NCBI GenBank assembly: GCA_048938855.1
Contig: JBHLLT010000001.1
Span: forward strand, 160,024-224,023
Source of the DNA: Promethearchaeota archaeon
GTDB lineage: Archaea > Asgardarchaeota > Lokiarchaeia > Sigyniarchaeales > SOKP01
Reading direction: 5' to 3'
Length of the DNA stretch: 64,000 nt
This document shows, piece by piece, positions 1 through 10,841 of the stretch. Under the pieces are notes generated by a model. That model was not told where the DNA came from. It saw nothing but the letters and a program-made list of their open reading frames with translations, and did no database searches. Positions within the stretch are counted from its first letter, which is position 1; each line of letters opens with the position of its first letter. The translations under genes and the position numbers were made by a program.

Positions 1-1157
1 ATTAGTGGCCAAGAATAATATTTTTCTATTAATCTATAACCATCTTTACCTATCTCTCTTAGCTTTTCTTTATCTAAGCTTAAAGGTTTAATTTTTTTAA
101 TAAGTTCTATTTGATTTTTAGCATAGATTACTCCATTATCTTTACCAATTTCATTAACCACTCCTGGTAAACTATTTGATAAAACTGGTTTTTTCATAGC
201 CATATATTCCATAATCTTAACGGGAGTAATTTCTCTTGTGATTTCATTCAAATCAAAACTCATAAGACATAAATCAGCTAACTCTATGTATTCTGTAATT
301 TCAAAGAATGGAAGTCTTCCTGTAAAATATACCCAATCTGCTTTTATTTTTTTACAATGTTTGATTAATTGATTATAAATGCCCCCATCTCCAACTAAAA
401 GAAATTTAAATCTTAATTTGCCCTTAAGAACGTCTGGGTTATAATAATCGATAATCTCTTTTAATCCAGCAAAATCATAAAAATAACCCATAAAGAATAA
501 TACAAAATCATTTTCGTCGATTGAATATTTTTTTTTTAAAGTTTCAAGTTTATCCTCATTAACAACTGTATTTTCTAAAGAAACTCCATTTAATAGAAGC
601 ATAACCTTTTCTGGTTTAACTCCTTCATTTAAAACATAACTTTGAAGCAATTTTGTAACAACAATAATTCTATCTGAATATTTAAATAATAAGCGTGAAA
701 AAAACATAGCAATTTTTCGGACAAATTGAATAGGAACGAGAGTATGAAGTTTATCTATATAATAAAAAATAAATGGAATTCCATATAACTTAGATAAAAA
801 CAAACCAATTATTCCATTTGTCAGGGAAAATCCATATATTATATCGGGTCGATTTTTTCTAAATAATTTAAGCATTCCAAAGAAATTGGTTATCAATGAT
901 GATATTCTTCTAAGATAAGGAACTTGAATATGAGCAGTTCGAATTAAAGTTATCTTTGAATTATCTACTGCACGCTGGATATTAGTATAGGAATGATATT
1001 TTATAAATATAGAGTTAGAACGCATTATTTTATCAATATCATAATCAAAAACTGTGATTCTAATATTAGAGTTCCTCGAAATTCTCTCAAAAATATGATG
1101 TTGAGTATTTGGTCCTCTTGTAAGCCAATCAGTTTCTTGAAGGACAAGAATGTTCAT
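1..1157 (-). CDS. Glycosyltransferase family 4 (GT-B), 3' end runs off the window
   Basis: Absent from the ORF track. My translation from ATG at 1157 reads MNILVLQETDWLTRGP...FMGYFYDFAGL...LVGDGG...TPVKIMEYMAMKKPVLS...YSWPL and is open to the window edge; typical GT4 C-terminal motifs. Confidence 0.9.
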   Translation of the reverse strand, partial: MNILVLQETDWLTRGPNTQHHIFERISRNSNIRITVFDYDIDKIMRSNSIFIKYHSYTNIQRAVDNSKITLIRTAHIQVPYLRRISSLITNFFGMLKLFRKNRPDIIYGFSLTNGIIGLFLSKLYGIPFIFYYIDKLHTLVPIQFVRKIAMFFSRLLFKYSDRIIVVTKLLQSYVLNEGVKPEKVMLLLNGVSLENTVVNEDKLETLKKKYSIDENDFVLFFMGYFYDFAGLKEIIDYYNPDVLKGKLRFKFLLVGDGGIYNQLIKHCKKIKADWVYFTGRLPFFEITEYIELADLCLMSFDLNEITREITPVKIMEYMAMKKPVLSNSLPGVVNEIGKDNGVIYAKNQIELIKKIKPLSLDKEKLREIGKDGYRLIEKYYSWPL

Positions 1158-1529
1158 CAGATAACTCCTATCTTCAGAATTATTAGAAAATCTTAGGTAA
1201 TGTACATTGATTAGTGTTTATGAATTATTAACATGCACTAAATATAAAATTTGATATATCACTTGAAAAAATAGGAGTCTCATAATTAAAAATCAAGAAT
1301 AATGAATTAAATATGTAATTAGGATGCAGTACAATTAAAAGAACCATTATACAGAACTTAAAATCTCAAAATTACTTAGAGTTATTCCAAAAATCACAAA
1401 AAAAAAACCAATATTTTCAGAGAAGGGAAAATTAAATTAATTTTTATTTTTAGTTGAATTTAAATTTATATTAAAATGTGAAATAAGATTTGAGAAAACT
1501 AATTTAATAAAAATCATATGAGATTTACC

Positions 1530-2918
1530 ATGGCAAAAAAAATTTTAATTCTGGGTGGACTTGGATATATAGGAAGCGTTTTATTTGATATAATAAAAAA
1601 AGAGGAATGGGAAGTTGAAATCTTAGATAATCATCTTTATAAGGATCTTCATCCTCCAAATCCTTATATTGAAGCAGATATACGAAATAAAGGTCAAATT
1701 GAGCAAATTATTAAGAATTACGATATAATCATAAATTTAGCAGCTATTGTTGGAGATCCTGCTTGTTTAATCGATACAAATTTAGCTATTGATATTAACT
1801 GTATAGGTGCTAGAAATGTTGCCGAAGTTTGCAAAAAATACAGAAAATTTATAGTCCATATTAGCACCTGTAGTGTTTATGGAAGTGAACCGAATAGGAT
1901 TGTTAAAGAAGAAGATGAAGGCTTTCCAATTGACTTTTATGGCCAAACAAAATATACACAAGAACGATTAATTAGAGAAATATGTGTTGAAAATCATTGT
2001 ATTTTGAGATTAGGTACTGCGTTTGGATTGAGTCCTAGGATGCGATACGACCTAGTTGTTAATACTTTTGCAGCAAGAGCATTAAAATTTAGAAAAATAA
2101 CCGTATTTGGAGGAGAACAAGAACGTCCATTTGTCCATATTCGGGACATATCTCGAGCAATTATTCATGTAATTAAAAATAACTTACGTGGGATTTATAA
2201 TATAAGAGGTGAAAATCTTAGTTTAATAAAATTAGGAGAAATCGTAAGAGATATTACAAATTGTGAGATTGAGATAAATAGAAATATTGTTGATAAAAGG
2301 AGTTATATGGTTGATAGTAGTAAAATACTGAATACTGGTTTTGAATTCAAATACAATGTTGAATATGCTATAAACGAAATAATCAATTCCCCTACAGCAC
2401 AAGAGTTTCATAAAGGAATATATTCAAATTTAAAGGTAGCCGAACGCGTAAAAATAGCTGAAACAATTGGTAAAAGGAATTTAGCCCTAATAAAAGGAGG
2501 AGTTGCTGTTGATGATAGAGGGTCATTGAATTTTGCAAATGATTTCAATTTTTATGGTGTTAAACGTTTTTATCAAGTTCAGAATTTCAGTACATCAACA
2601 ATTCGAGCTTTCCATGGTCATCTAAATGAGGCGAAATATGTTTTCGTTTCAAAAGGTTCTGCTATAGTTGCGGTTGTTATGTTGGATGATATAAAATCAC
2701 CTTCAAAAAACCAAAAAGTCAATCGTTATGTTTTATCTGAAAGGGATCCGCAGGTGTTATTTATTCCTCCGCGATATGCTAATGGATTTAAACCACTTGA
2801 AGAAGATACTCGGATAATATTCTTTTCGACAAGTTCACTTGAAGAAAGTAAAGGAGATGATTATCGATTTCCAGCAGATTATTGGGGAAATGAAATATGG
2901 GAAGTAGAAAATCGTTAA
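1530..2918 (+). CDS. NAD-dependent sugar epimerase/dehydratase fused to a C-terminal cupin (RmlC/FdtA-like) domain
   Basis: GGLGYIG Rossmann motif, STCSVYG, YGQTK catalytic motif; C-terminal DDRGSL...RAFHGH...EAKY cupin motif. Start 1530 (MAKK) or 1518. Confidence 0.85.
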   Translation: MAKKILILGGLGYIGSVLFDIIKKEEWEVEILDNHLYKDLHPPNPYIEADIRNKGQIEQIIKNYDIIINLAAIVGDPACLIDTNLAIDINCIGARNVAEVCKKYRKFIVHISTCSVYGSEPNRIVKEEDEGFPIDFYGQTKYTQERLIREICVENHCILRLGTAFGLSPRMRYDLVVNTFAARALKFRKITVFGGEQERPFVHIRDISRAIIHVIKNNLRGIYNIRGENLSLIKLGEIVRDITNCEIEINRNIVDKRSYMVDSSKILNTGFEFKYNVEYAINEIINSPTAQEFHKGIYSNLKVAERVKIAETIGKRNLALIKGGVAVDDRGSLNFANDFNFYGVKRFYQVQNFSTSTIRAFHGHLNEAKYVFVSKGSAIVAVVMLDDIKSPSKNQKVNRYVLSERDPQVLFIPPRYANGFKPLEEDTRIIFFSTSSLEESKGDDYRFPADYWGNEIWEVENR

Positions 2919-2937
2919 TAAAACATTTAATTAAGGT

Positions 2938-3849
2938 TTGATGAGTATGACGAATATTTTGGTTCTTGGTGTAAGTGGAATGCTGGGTTCAATGGTTTTT
3001 GATTATTTATCGAAAAATTCTATCTTCAATGTTTATGGCACTGTAAGGAACTCTAAATTTTTAAATAATAAAATATATCTTTTTGATGCTAATGATATTT
3101 CTCAGTTAGAAAGTAAACAATTTCTTGATTTAAACATAGAATACATTATTAATTGTATTGGAATTACAAAACCTTTTTCAAAGGATGATGATCCTGAAGG
3201 TGTTAAGCGAGCAATCCTCATAAATGCAGATTTTCCATGGAAATTAACTGGTTATGCCAAAAAATATAATATTAAAATTATTCAAATTGGTACTGATTGT
3301 GTGTATTCTGGTAAAAAAGGAAAATACCTTGAAAACGATCCACATGATCCTCTTGATGTCTATGGTAAGACAAAAAGCCTTGGTGAGGTATTTGACGGAC
3401 CAATGTTAATTATTAGATGCTCAATTATTGGCCCTGAATTTAGAAAGGAGACAAATTTCTTACTTGAATGGTTTTTAAATCAACCAAATGAGGGTACTAT
3501 TGGAGGTTTCGAACACCATATTTGGAATGGAGTAACCACACTTCAATTTGCCCAATTATGTGAAAAAATAATAATGTCAAATCTTTTTACTCAATTAAGA
3601 CAAAAATCTTTTATCCATCATTTTATACCAAATAATACTGTAAACAAATATCAATTAATGCACATATTCAATGACATTTTTGAAAAAAAATTAAAAATCA
3701 ATAGAGTTAATAAACCAGAACAAAAAGTTGACAGATCTTTAGATACAATATACTCAGATTTAAACAAATTCGTAGAAGAAAAAGATATGGAGACTGCGAT
3801 TTCAGAACTTAAAGATTACATGTTAAAATCTAGTAAATTTAGAGTATAA
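2938..3849 (+). CDS. RmlD-like NDP-4-keto-6-deoxysugar reductase (SDR)
   Basis: GVSGMLG, IINCIG, TDCVYSG, YGKTKSLGE motifs. True start may be ATG 2941 or 2947. Confidence 0.85.
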   Translation: MMSMTNILVLGVSGMLGSMVFDYLSKNSIFNVYGTVRNSKFLNNKIYLFDANDISQLESKQFLDLNIEYIINCIGITKPFSKDDDPEGVKRAILINADFPWKLTGYAKKYNIKIIQIGTDCVYSGKKGKYLENDPHDPLDVYGKTKSLGEVFDGPMLIIRCSIIGPEFRKETNFLLEWFLNQPNEGTIGGFEHHIWNGVTTLQFAQLCEKIIMSNLFTQLRQKSFIHHFIPNNTVNKYQLMHIFNDIFEKKLKINRVNKPEQKVDRSLDTIYSDLNKFVEEKDMETAISELKDYMLKSSKFRV

Positions 3850-3859
3850 AAGTTAAATA

Positions 3860-4930
3860 TTATCTTTCTAAATTTTTATAAAAATTTAAAGAATTTCCAA
3901 TTAATATGTTGCATATTTTTTCTGATATATTCTCCCCATAGTGAGAAACAGGTTTAATTTTTCGAGATAATGCTAATTCTGCTGCATTAAGCATGTGTTC
4001 GGTATTTATACCAGTTAGTACATTAACACCAAGTTCAATTAAATCAATTCTTTCAGTACTTTCACGAATTGTCATGCATGGGGTTCCTAAAATTGCACAT
4101 TCTTCTACAACAGTTCCACTATCAGTAAGAACTAATAAGGCTTCCTTTTCCATACCTAAAAATTCTAGGAAGCCTTGAGGTGGAATCGGATTAATACCTT
4201 CTGGAAACTTTAGGCTATACTTTTCCATCATATTTTTTGTTTTTGGCATCAATATTAATTTAATCTCAATTTTTTTCCGCTTATAGAGTTCTCCAAGAAA
4301 TTTTAAAATTATATTTAAATTCATTTCATTTTCAGTATTTTCTGCACGATGACACGTTACCAAGTAAAAAGGAGCATCTTGCTTAAATTCAGTTTCAACA
4401 GCATGAACCACTTCTATAATAGGATTACCTACAACCCAACATCGACGAGGATTTATTCCCTCTCTGATTAAATTTTCCCTATGCTCAGGTAAATAACAGA
4501 TATTTAAATCAGCAAGATGATCAATAATAACCCTATTCTTCTCTTCTGGCATTATCCAATTTTTACTTCGCATACCTGCTTCAATGTGAACTAAGGGGAT
4601 ATTCAATTTAGAAGTAGCTAATGAAAAACCCAAACTACTATTATTATCACCTAAAACTACTACAAATTCTGGTTGCACATCAACTAGTGTTTTTTCAAAC
4701 TCAATCATCAACTTAGCGACTTGAGAAGCGTGAGTACCACTTTTTATATTTAGATTATAATCAGGAGGACGGACTTCTAACTGTTCATAAAATATTTTGT
4801 TTAAATTATAATCATAATGTTGACCACTATCAACGATAATATTCTCAAAGTATTTATCTAAAGTTTTAATAATTTGGGATAGACGTATAATATCTGGCCT
4901 TATTCCAATACAGGTGATTATTTTTCTCAT
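3860..4930 (-). CDS. wecB: UDP-N-acetylhexosamine 2-epimerase, non-hydrolysing (WecB/WbjD family)
   Basis: GIRPDIIRL, SGQHYD, VLGD, HIEAGMRS, PEEKNR, TCHRAEN, TDSGTVVEE, RESTER. Confidence 0.9.
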   Translation of the reverse strand: MRKIITCIGIRPDIIRLSQIIKTLDKYFENIIVDSGQHYDYNLNKIFYEQLEVRPPDYNLNIKSGTHASQVAKLMIEFEKTLVDVQPEFVVVLGDNNSSLGFSLATSKLNIPLVHIEAGMRSKNWIMPEEKNRVIIDHLADLNICYLPEHRENLIREGINPRRCWVVGNPIIEVVHAVETEFKQDAPFYLVTCHRAENTENEMNLNIILKFLGELYKRKKIEIKLILMPKTKNMMEKYSLKFPEGINPIPPQGFLEFLGMEKEALLVLTDSGTVVEECAILGTPCMTIRESTERIDLIELGVNVLTGINTEHMLNAAELALSRKIKPVSHYGENISEKICNILIGNSLNFYKNLER

Positions 4931-4944
4931 CGTATCTTAGAAGC

Positions 4945-5802
4945 TCAACGTTGTTTTATTCTTGAAGGTTTTTTTATTGATAATTTAATTTTCTGGATGA
5001 AATAGTAGAAGATACAAGAAAATATCTTTCTAGCTAATTTTGTTAGAACAATGCCAGATGATCCATGTTCGCGTCTAAATACTTTAATTGGACATTCTTT
5101 AATCCTGAAATGTGCTAAAGCCATAATTATAATTTGTTCTGTACAAAAGGCATACCCATGATATCTAGTGTTCTTAAAAACCGGAAGAACTTTTCTACTG
5201 AAAGCTCTGAATCCAGTTTGATTATTCAATACTCTTGGGCCAAATAAAATTTGAATCAACTTTTCTACAATAATTTCTCCTAATCTTGTTAGAAAAGGTA
5301 ATTTATAAAAATATGTACCTTCATATCGTGAACCAATTGTATAATCTGCTTCTCCATCCAAAATGGGTTTAACCATATTAAAGATATCATCAGAGCTATG
5401 CTGTCCATCTGAATCCATTGTTACAATAATATTGCCTCTTGCGTGCGAAAGTCCTGACATGATTGCATTACCATAACCTCGATTTCTTGTATTAGTTACG
5501 ACTCTAATCTCCCTTTTTGATTTAACTTTTTCAATTTCTTTTAAACTGTTGTCAATTGAATGATCGTTAACAACAATAACTTCTATTGAGTTATCATTAG
5601 GAAGTTCCTCTAAAACCTTCTTAATCGATTTTTCTTCATTATACATTGGTAAAACAATTGATAAAAGCACTGGATCTTCTTTATTTTTGAAATTTTTGAG
5701 ATAATTATATAAATTTTGATGTAAATCTTCTATAGCACCATTTTTTGTTTTAGAACTATCTAATAGGCTGTTAAGATTCACATTATTATCTAAGGTTTTC
5801 AA
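4945..5802 (-). CDS. Glycosyltransferase family 2 (dolichol-phosphate sugar synthase-like)
   Basis: SIVLPMYNEE, VVNDHSID, NRGYG, TMDSDGQH, GSRY, TGFRAF motifs. Confidence 0.9.
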   Translation of the reverse strand: MKTLDNNVNLNSLLDSSKTKNGAIEDLHQNLYNYLKNFKNKEDPVLLSIVLPMYNEEKSIKKVLEELPNDNSIEVIVVNDHSIDNSLKEIEKVKSKREIRVVTNTRNRGYGNAIMSGLSHARGNIIVTMDSDGQHSSDDIFNMVKPILDGEADYTIGSRYEGTYFYKLPFLTRLGEIIVEKLIQILFGPRVLNNQTGFRAFSRKVLPVFKNTRYHGYAFCTEQIIIMALAHFRIKECPIKVFRREHGSSGIVLTKLARKIFSCIFYYFIQKIKLSIKKPSRIKQR

Positions 5803-6004
5803 AAATAGGGCGCCTTTTACTTTATTTCAAGTGTTTAAAGTTAAAGTTTTTTAGATTTTTATTTAATAAATATTAACTTTATTCAATTTAAAATTTATTC
5901 AATTAGTAAATCTTTTAAATAAATCGAGTTAAACGAATATGAGTATTTAATTTGAAGCATTTTGATAATGAATATACGGATTTAAAAAAAATTTTAAAAT
6001 TAAT

Positions 6005-6976
6005 TCAATGTTTTGAGAATTCTTTATTCTGCCATTTGTATTGATTCATCAAACCTTCGTCAATATCAACTTTGGGCATGTAATTTAGCAGATTTTTAGC
6101 TTTATTTATATTTGAATATGTAATGTTTACATCTCCTTGTTGCTTTTCTATGTATTTAATCTTCTTTGGACTATTTGTTATACTATACATTTTCTCGATT
6201 AAAGCGTTAACACTGATTGGATTTGAACACCCTAGATTGAATATTTCTCCATTTGATACAGTCTTTTCACATGCTAATATCAATCCATTTATAATATCTG
6301 ATATATAAGTAAAATCTCTGAGTTGTTTACCATCTCCAAATATTGAGATCTCCTTGTCATTAAGCATTAAATTAAAAAATTTATAAATAGACATATCCGG
6401 TCGACCTCTTGGTCCGTAAACAGTATAAAATCTTAATGATGTAATTGGTAAATTGTATTCTCTAAAATAATAATTGGCGTAGATCTCTCCACACAATTTT
6501 GATACTGCATAAGGTGAAATTGGATTTTTTGGATGATCCTCATCACAAGGGGTATAAATAGGGTTCCCATATACTGATGATGAAGATGCATATGCAATTT
6601 TTTGAACATTATCAAGCTTAAGAGCATATTCAAAAATATTTACAGTGCTAATAATATTATTGTTAGTAACTTCTGCAGCTTTATTAATTGAATATCTTAC
6701 ACCAGCTTGAGCCGCTAAATGAAATATATAATCAATATTATCTGTAATTTTCAAACTGAATGATTTTTTTGTGAGGTCTTCTTTTATTATTATATAATCC
6801 TTTTTATTTTGATAAGTTTTCAATATCTTTTCTAGTCGTTGTTCCTTACCTAAATAATATTTATTAAAATTATCAATCAGAATCAAAAAATTTCCATTTT
6901 TCAGTAATATCTCTGTCAGATGGGAACCAATAAAGCCGGCTGCTCCTGTTATTATAATGTTTTTGTTTTTTAGCAT
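6005..6976 (-). CDS. NAD-dependent nucleotide-sugar epimerase (UDP-glucuronate 4-epimerase-like)
   Basis: TGAAGFIGSH, HLAAQAGVRYS, SSSSVYG, YAVSK, RFYTVYGPRGRPDM, RDFTY. Confidence 0.9.
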   Translation of the reverse strand: MLKNKNIIITGAAGFIGSHLTEILLKNGNFLILIDNFNKYYLGKEQRLEKILKTYQNKKDYIIIKEDLTKKSFSLKITDNIDYIFHLAAQAGVRYSINKAAEVTNNNIISTVNIFEYALKLDNVQKIAYASSSSVYGNPIYTPCDEDHPKNPISPYAVSKLCGEIYANYYFREYNLPITSLRFYTVYGPRGRPDMSIYKFFNLMLNDKEISIFGDGKQLRDFTYISDIINGLILACEKTVSNGEIFNLGCSNPISVNALIEKMYSITNSPKKIKYIEKQQGDVNITYSNINKAKNLLNYMPKVDIDEGLMNQYKWQNKEFSKH

Positions 6977-7134
6977 GATTTAAGATAAATTTTAAATTAA
7001 AATTAATATTCTTTTAATGATAATTATTGATTGCTCTATTAAATCTTTTAACAAATATAAAAGAATAAGCTAAAGAACTTTTATTGGATAATTATTAAAT
7101 AATTTAAAAAAAAAGTATAAAATCTTTTAGTAGA

Positions 7135-9420
7135 ATGAAAATTACAAATCTGAAAGTAAATAATATAATATTTTACTTAAAAGTAAGGATTAACTTACTA
7201 ATAATCTTAATCTCTTCAATATCATTAATTTTTATTTTACTCAAAATCCTAAATTTTAATAGTATCATAGGAATATCAACAATCCCATTTTTAAATTGTT
7301 CCTTTTATATATTTGTATATTTGAGTATGATATTTACCCTTTTATTCCTACCCACATACCCTTTATTTTTTATTCTGTTTAAAGAAAAGAACATGAATTT
7401 CTTAGAAAGACTGTCTATTACAGCAGTTATGAATATGTCTTTTTATATTATATTAGGTATTAGTGGGTTTTATTTAGGATTTGCTTTAACAGAATGGTTT
7501 TTCTTTATAGTTTTGGTTGTGTTCTATTTTACTATCATTTTTTGGATTCTGATTATTGATATTAAAAAGTGTAAATTTAATACATTCAAATTTAATATTA
7601 CTGAGGAGGACAAGAAAGCCTTTACTAAAAATTTTTCAATTGTAAACTTGATTAAAAGGATTAAATTATCAAACTCTGTTTTATTAGGGATTTTTATCTT
7701 TTTACTGTGTCTCTTTGCTGTTTTTGGCACTAGTATATTTATAGGTACTGATCCATGGATGCACATTTCAATTATTAAATTTATCACAGATATTAATTAC
7801 TTACCATTAGGTGATTATTTTGGTACTTTTGGTTTTCACATTATTGGTGCTTTGATTCATTTCTTTTCAGGTATGGATTTTATCTTAATCCCTAGATTTT
7901 TTGTATTCTACACATTTCCTATAACAACTTTAATTTTATATAATCTATTTATGAGGATTTTTAAAAATAAATCCTTGGCACTATTTGGAATTTTTATTCT
8001 TGGAACTTCATCTCTAGGATTCTTAAATTTAATGTTCCAGTATTGGCCTTCCAGTTTAGCATTAATTCAAGGAATTACAATGTTTTTTCTTTTATATAGA
8101 AGGTTACAATCTTTTACCCAAGTCAAAGAACCGCAAAAGAAACAAATCTTCTCAAATATGATTTTTTCTTATATTTTACTTATTAGTATTTATGTAAGCT
8201 GCATATTTGTTCACTCATTAATCGCAATGATTTTTCTTATAACATTTTTGTGGGTATATTTGATATATTTTTTTAGAAGTTATAAGAGAGGTTTCGATTT
8301 CATATTAGTATGTATTTGTATTGGAATTTTTGCTATGTTTTATTTTCTGGATATAAGTACAGGACATTTAAATGTATTTGTGAGATTGGGTGCTCTCCCA
8401 TGGTATTATATTTTATTCGCGATTATTGTATTTGGAATATTTGAAGGTTTAATCCTTTTACATTATCGCAAATCATTAGATTTTAGTAAAGGCAGATTCT
8501 CTTTAATTATAACTGGAGAGAAAAATAGAATTTTCAAAAAAATCGAAGAAAAATTTTTATTTCCTCTTATTTTTTCATTAGCTATAATTTTAACTATTGC
8601 TTTTGGTTTGGTCAATTCATTTTTATTTAAGTTTGACAATATCGTTATTTTTACAGGGTTAGAAACAATTCTCATTTGTTCATTTGCAATTTGGGGGCTT
8701 TTATTGTTTCAATATAAACCTAGAGGAAAACCATTGTTTTTATGGGGATTTGCTTTTGGAATTGTTCTGATGGCAGGTCTTTTATTTGATTTTATTACAG
8801 GAACATTTACTTTCTCTTCAAGAATTTTCTATTTATCATCTATAGTTTTATCGATTGGATTTGTATCTTATTTCTATAAATTAATAAAAACAAAATCTAT
8901 CAAAAAGTTAAAGATAAAAATTTTTCTGATTTTCTTAGTTTCGTTTTCCTCAGTAGCAACAAATTTAGAAGCTTATTCCTCTTTTGAATTTTATAGTTTG
9001 AAAAATAGAGAAGTAAATATCATTGAATGGTATGCTAATTTTTCTCCTTCTCAATATGTTGTAATTGGAGAATTTGGATGGAGTTCAATAATAATTTATT
9101 ATGATTATCCTTTTGAGAACAAAAATGCGAGCCTTCCACTTAATTCAGTTTTGTTTTTTGTTACTGCTTCAAATGATTATCTAAATCCTAATATGCAAGT
9201 TCAAAATAATACAAATATCCTTCTTGAATTAAAAAAAAATTCGAAAAGAGAAGTATTTCTGATTCTAACTGATAGTTATCTTTTAATAAATAGCTTGGAA
9301 TTGTTTGGGCATTTAACAAGTAAGGAGATGGAGATGTATTATACTCTAAATTATCTAAATAAAATATGTTCTACTAAAACCGAGAACAACAAGGAAGTCC
9401 CTTTATATTGGGTCATTTAA
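7135..9420 (+). CDS. Large polytopic membrane protein, possibly a GT-C-fold glycosyltransferase
   Basis: Many hydrophobic helices, a GTDPWMH acidic motif in a loop after a TM helix, a soluble C-terminal domain and a position in a glycosylation cluster. The GT-C call is inference. Confidence 0.5.
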   Translation: MKITNLKVNNIIFYLKVRINLLIILISSISLIFILLKILNFNSIIGISTIPFLNCSFYIFVYLSMIFTLLFLPTYPLFFILFKEKNMNFLERLSITAVMNMSFYIILGISGFYLGFALTEWFFFIVLVVFYFTIIFWILIIDIKKCKFNTFKFNITEEDKKAFTKNFSIVNLIKRIKLSNSVLLGIFIFLLCLFAVFGTSIFIGTDPWMHISIIKFITDINYLPLGDYFGTFGFHIIGALIHFFSGMDFILIPRFFVFYTFPITTLILYNLFMRIFKNKSLALFGIFILGTSSLGFLNLMFQYWPSSLALIQGITMFFLLYRRLQSFTQVKEPQKKQIFSNMIFSYILLISIYVSCIFVHSLIAMIFLITFLWVYLIYFFRSYKRGFDFILVCICIGIFAMFYFLDISTGHLNVFVRLGALPWYYILFAIIVFGIFEGLILLHYRKSLDFSKGRFSLIITGEKNRIFKKIEEKFLFPLIFSLAIILTIAFGLVNSFLFKFDNIVIFTGLETILICSFAIWGLLLFQYKPRGKPLFLWGFAFGIVLMAGLLFDFITGTFTFSSRIFYLSSIVLSIGFVSYFYKLIKTKSIKKLKIKIFLIFLVSFSSVATNLEAYSSFEFYSLKNREVNIIEWYANFSPSQYVVIGEFGWSSIIIYYDYPFENKNASLPLNSVLFFVTASNDYLNPNMQVQNNTNILLELKKNSKREVFLILTDSYLLINSLELFGHLTSKEMEMYYTLNYLNKICSTKTENNKEVPLYWVI

Positions 9421-10201
9421 ATACATCATATTCAACAAAATTTCTTATTTTCTTAAGAATCTGATACCTATCTCCCTCTATTTTTATAAATTTAGGCAAC
9501 TTACCAGTTTTACCTACTTTATTTTCTCTTGAAATAAAAGCACCTAGTACGCCACTAATTTCATCTATAGCATCTAAGCCCTTTTTAATAGATTTTTCAA
9601 TATCCTTTCCCTTAACTATATTAGCAATTTTAGTAGCTGCAGCATCTGCTAAAGCTGCATTTTTAGCAAATATTGTGACAGCATCTGCTTGTCCAAAACT
9701 TATTGCATGTCCTATTGTTGCTGAACTTGTACCAATTCCAATGGGGCAATCTTCTTTTCTAATTAAAAACCCAAGATTAAAGTTCAATTCATTTTCTCCA
9801 GCATATAATGCTACCTTAATTGGTCTTTCGCTATCAATTGAGATTTCTCCTCCATTTTCAACTAAAGCAACTTTACAAGGAGAAGAAGCAAGTTCTTCCT
9901 CAGAATCCTGATATTTCATTGAATTACACATTAAATCTGCTAATGCTCCTGCTACAGATGCCATAGGCCCAACATCACATATATCTGATACTTCTGCCAT
10001 AATGTTAATGATTTGGAAATCTGTGTGTACTTTTATTGGAGATAAAGAATTGAGAAAAACTGAATTTTTTGTTACAAATTTCACAAGATTCCTTCGGTGG
10101 AAGTAAAAACTCTCTTTTGCTTTTAGGATAGCTGTTTTTGAGTCAGATATAATAGAAATGTCTGATTCTTTTTCTGAAAAATGTGTTTTGTAGGTTTTCA
10201 A
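9413..10201 (-). CDS. UPF0280 / ApbE-like family protein
   Basis: VGPMASVAGALAD, VENGGEI, GIGTSSATIGHAISFGQADAVT, AALADAAAT motifs. Confidence 0.85.
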   Translation of the reverse strand: MKTYKTHFSEKESDISIISDSKTAILKAKESFYFHRRNLVKFVTKNSVFLNSLSPIKVHTDFQIINIMAEVSDICDVGPMASVAGALADLMCNSMKYQDSEEELASSPCKVALVENGGEISIDSERPIKVALYAGENELNFNLGFLIRKEDCPIGIGTSSATIGHAISFGQADAVTIFAKNAALADAAATKIANIVKGKDIEKSIKKGLDAIDEISGVLGAFISRENKVGKTGKLPKFIKIEGDRYQILKKIRNFVEYDVFK

Positions 10202-10309
10202 ATTAAAATCTTAAATTACTTCAATATTACAAGTATAAGGTGTCTAATAACTAAACAAATATAAATAAATAGATTTTCATTATTAATTTAAAACCAATAT
10301 TTCTCAAAG

Positions 10310-10801
10310 ATGGAACAAATTAATTACGAGGAAATTATCTCCCAGTTAAAATCTGATTTAAATGCTGAAAGTGCTATTGCAAATAAATATGGAATTATCC
10401 TAGGCTCATTAATTAAGGAATTCGCTAAAGGAAAAGTCATTCCTCAAGCGATTTTATCCTTGATTGCTAATTCTAAAGAAATTGCTAATGAATTAAACAT
10501 GAAAAAGATAAATTCTTTCGCATTAGAGGCCCAAAAATATAATTATTTATTTACTTTTAGCAAAGAATTAATTCTTATTTCCAAATTAGATTTAAATGTA
10601 AATTTAGCAAAATTCATGCCTAACATTAGTTTGTTTTTAAAAAGATTAAGTGAGAGTATCACAGAAGAGGACATAAAAAATTTTTCAATGTTTGATTTTT
10701 CAAAAGAAGTTGCAAAAATTGAAGAAACATTAGAAGAAGAAAAAGTTAGAAAAGATAAATACTCAATAATAAAAGATCTTGTAAAATATATTTCAAAATA
10801 A
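10310..10801 (+). CDS. Roadblock/LC7 (MglB-like) domain protein
   Basis: Helix/strand pattern: AESAIANKYGIILGS, helix ending ANELN, INSFALEA, YNYLFTF, LILISKL, NLAKFMP helix. Judged by eye. Confidence 0.6.
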   Translation: MEQINYEEIISQLKSDLNAESAIANKYGIILGSLIKEFAKGKVIPQAILSLIANSKEIANELNMKKINSFALEAQKYNYLFTFSKELILISKLDLNVNLAKFMPNISLFLKRLSESITEEDIKNFSMFDFSKEVAKIEETLEEEKVRKDKYSIIKDLVKYISK

Positions 10802-10841
10802 TATTTTATATTAAAAAAAGAAAGCAAAGTAATATTAAAAC

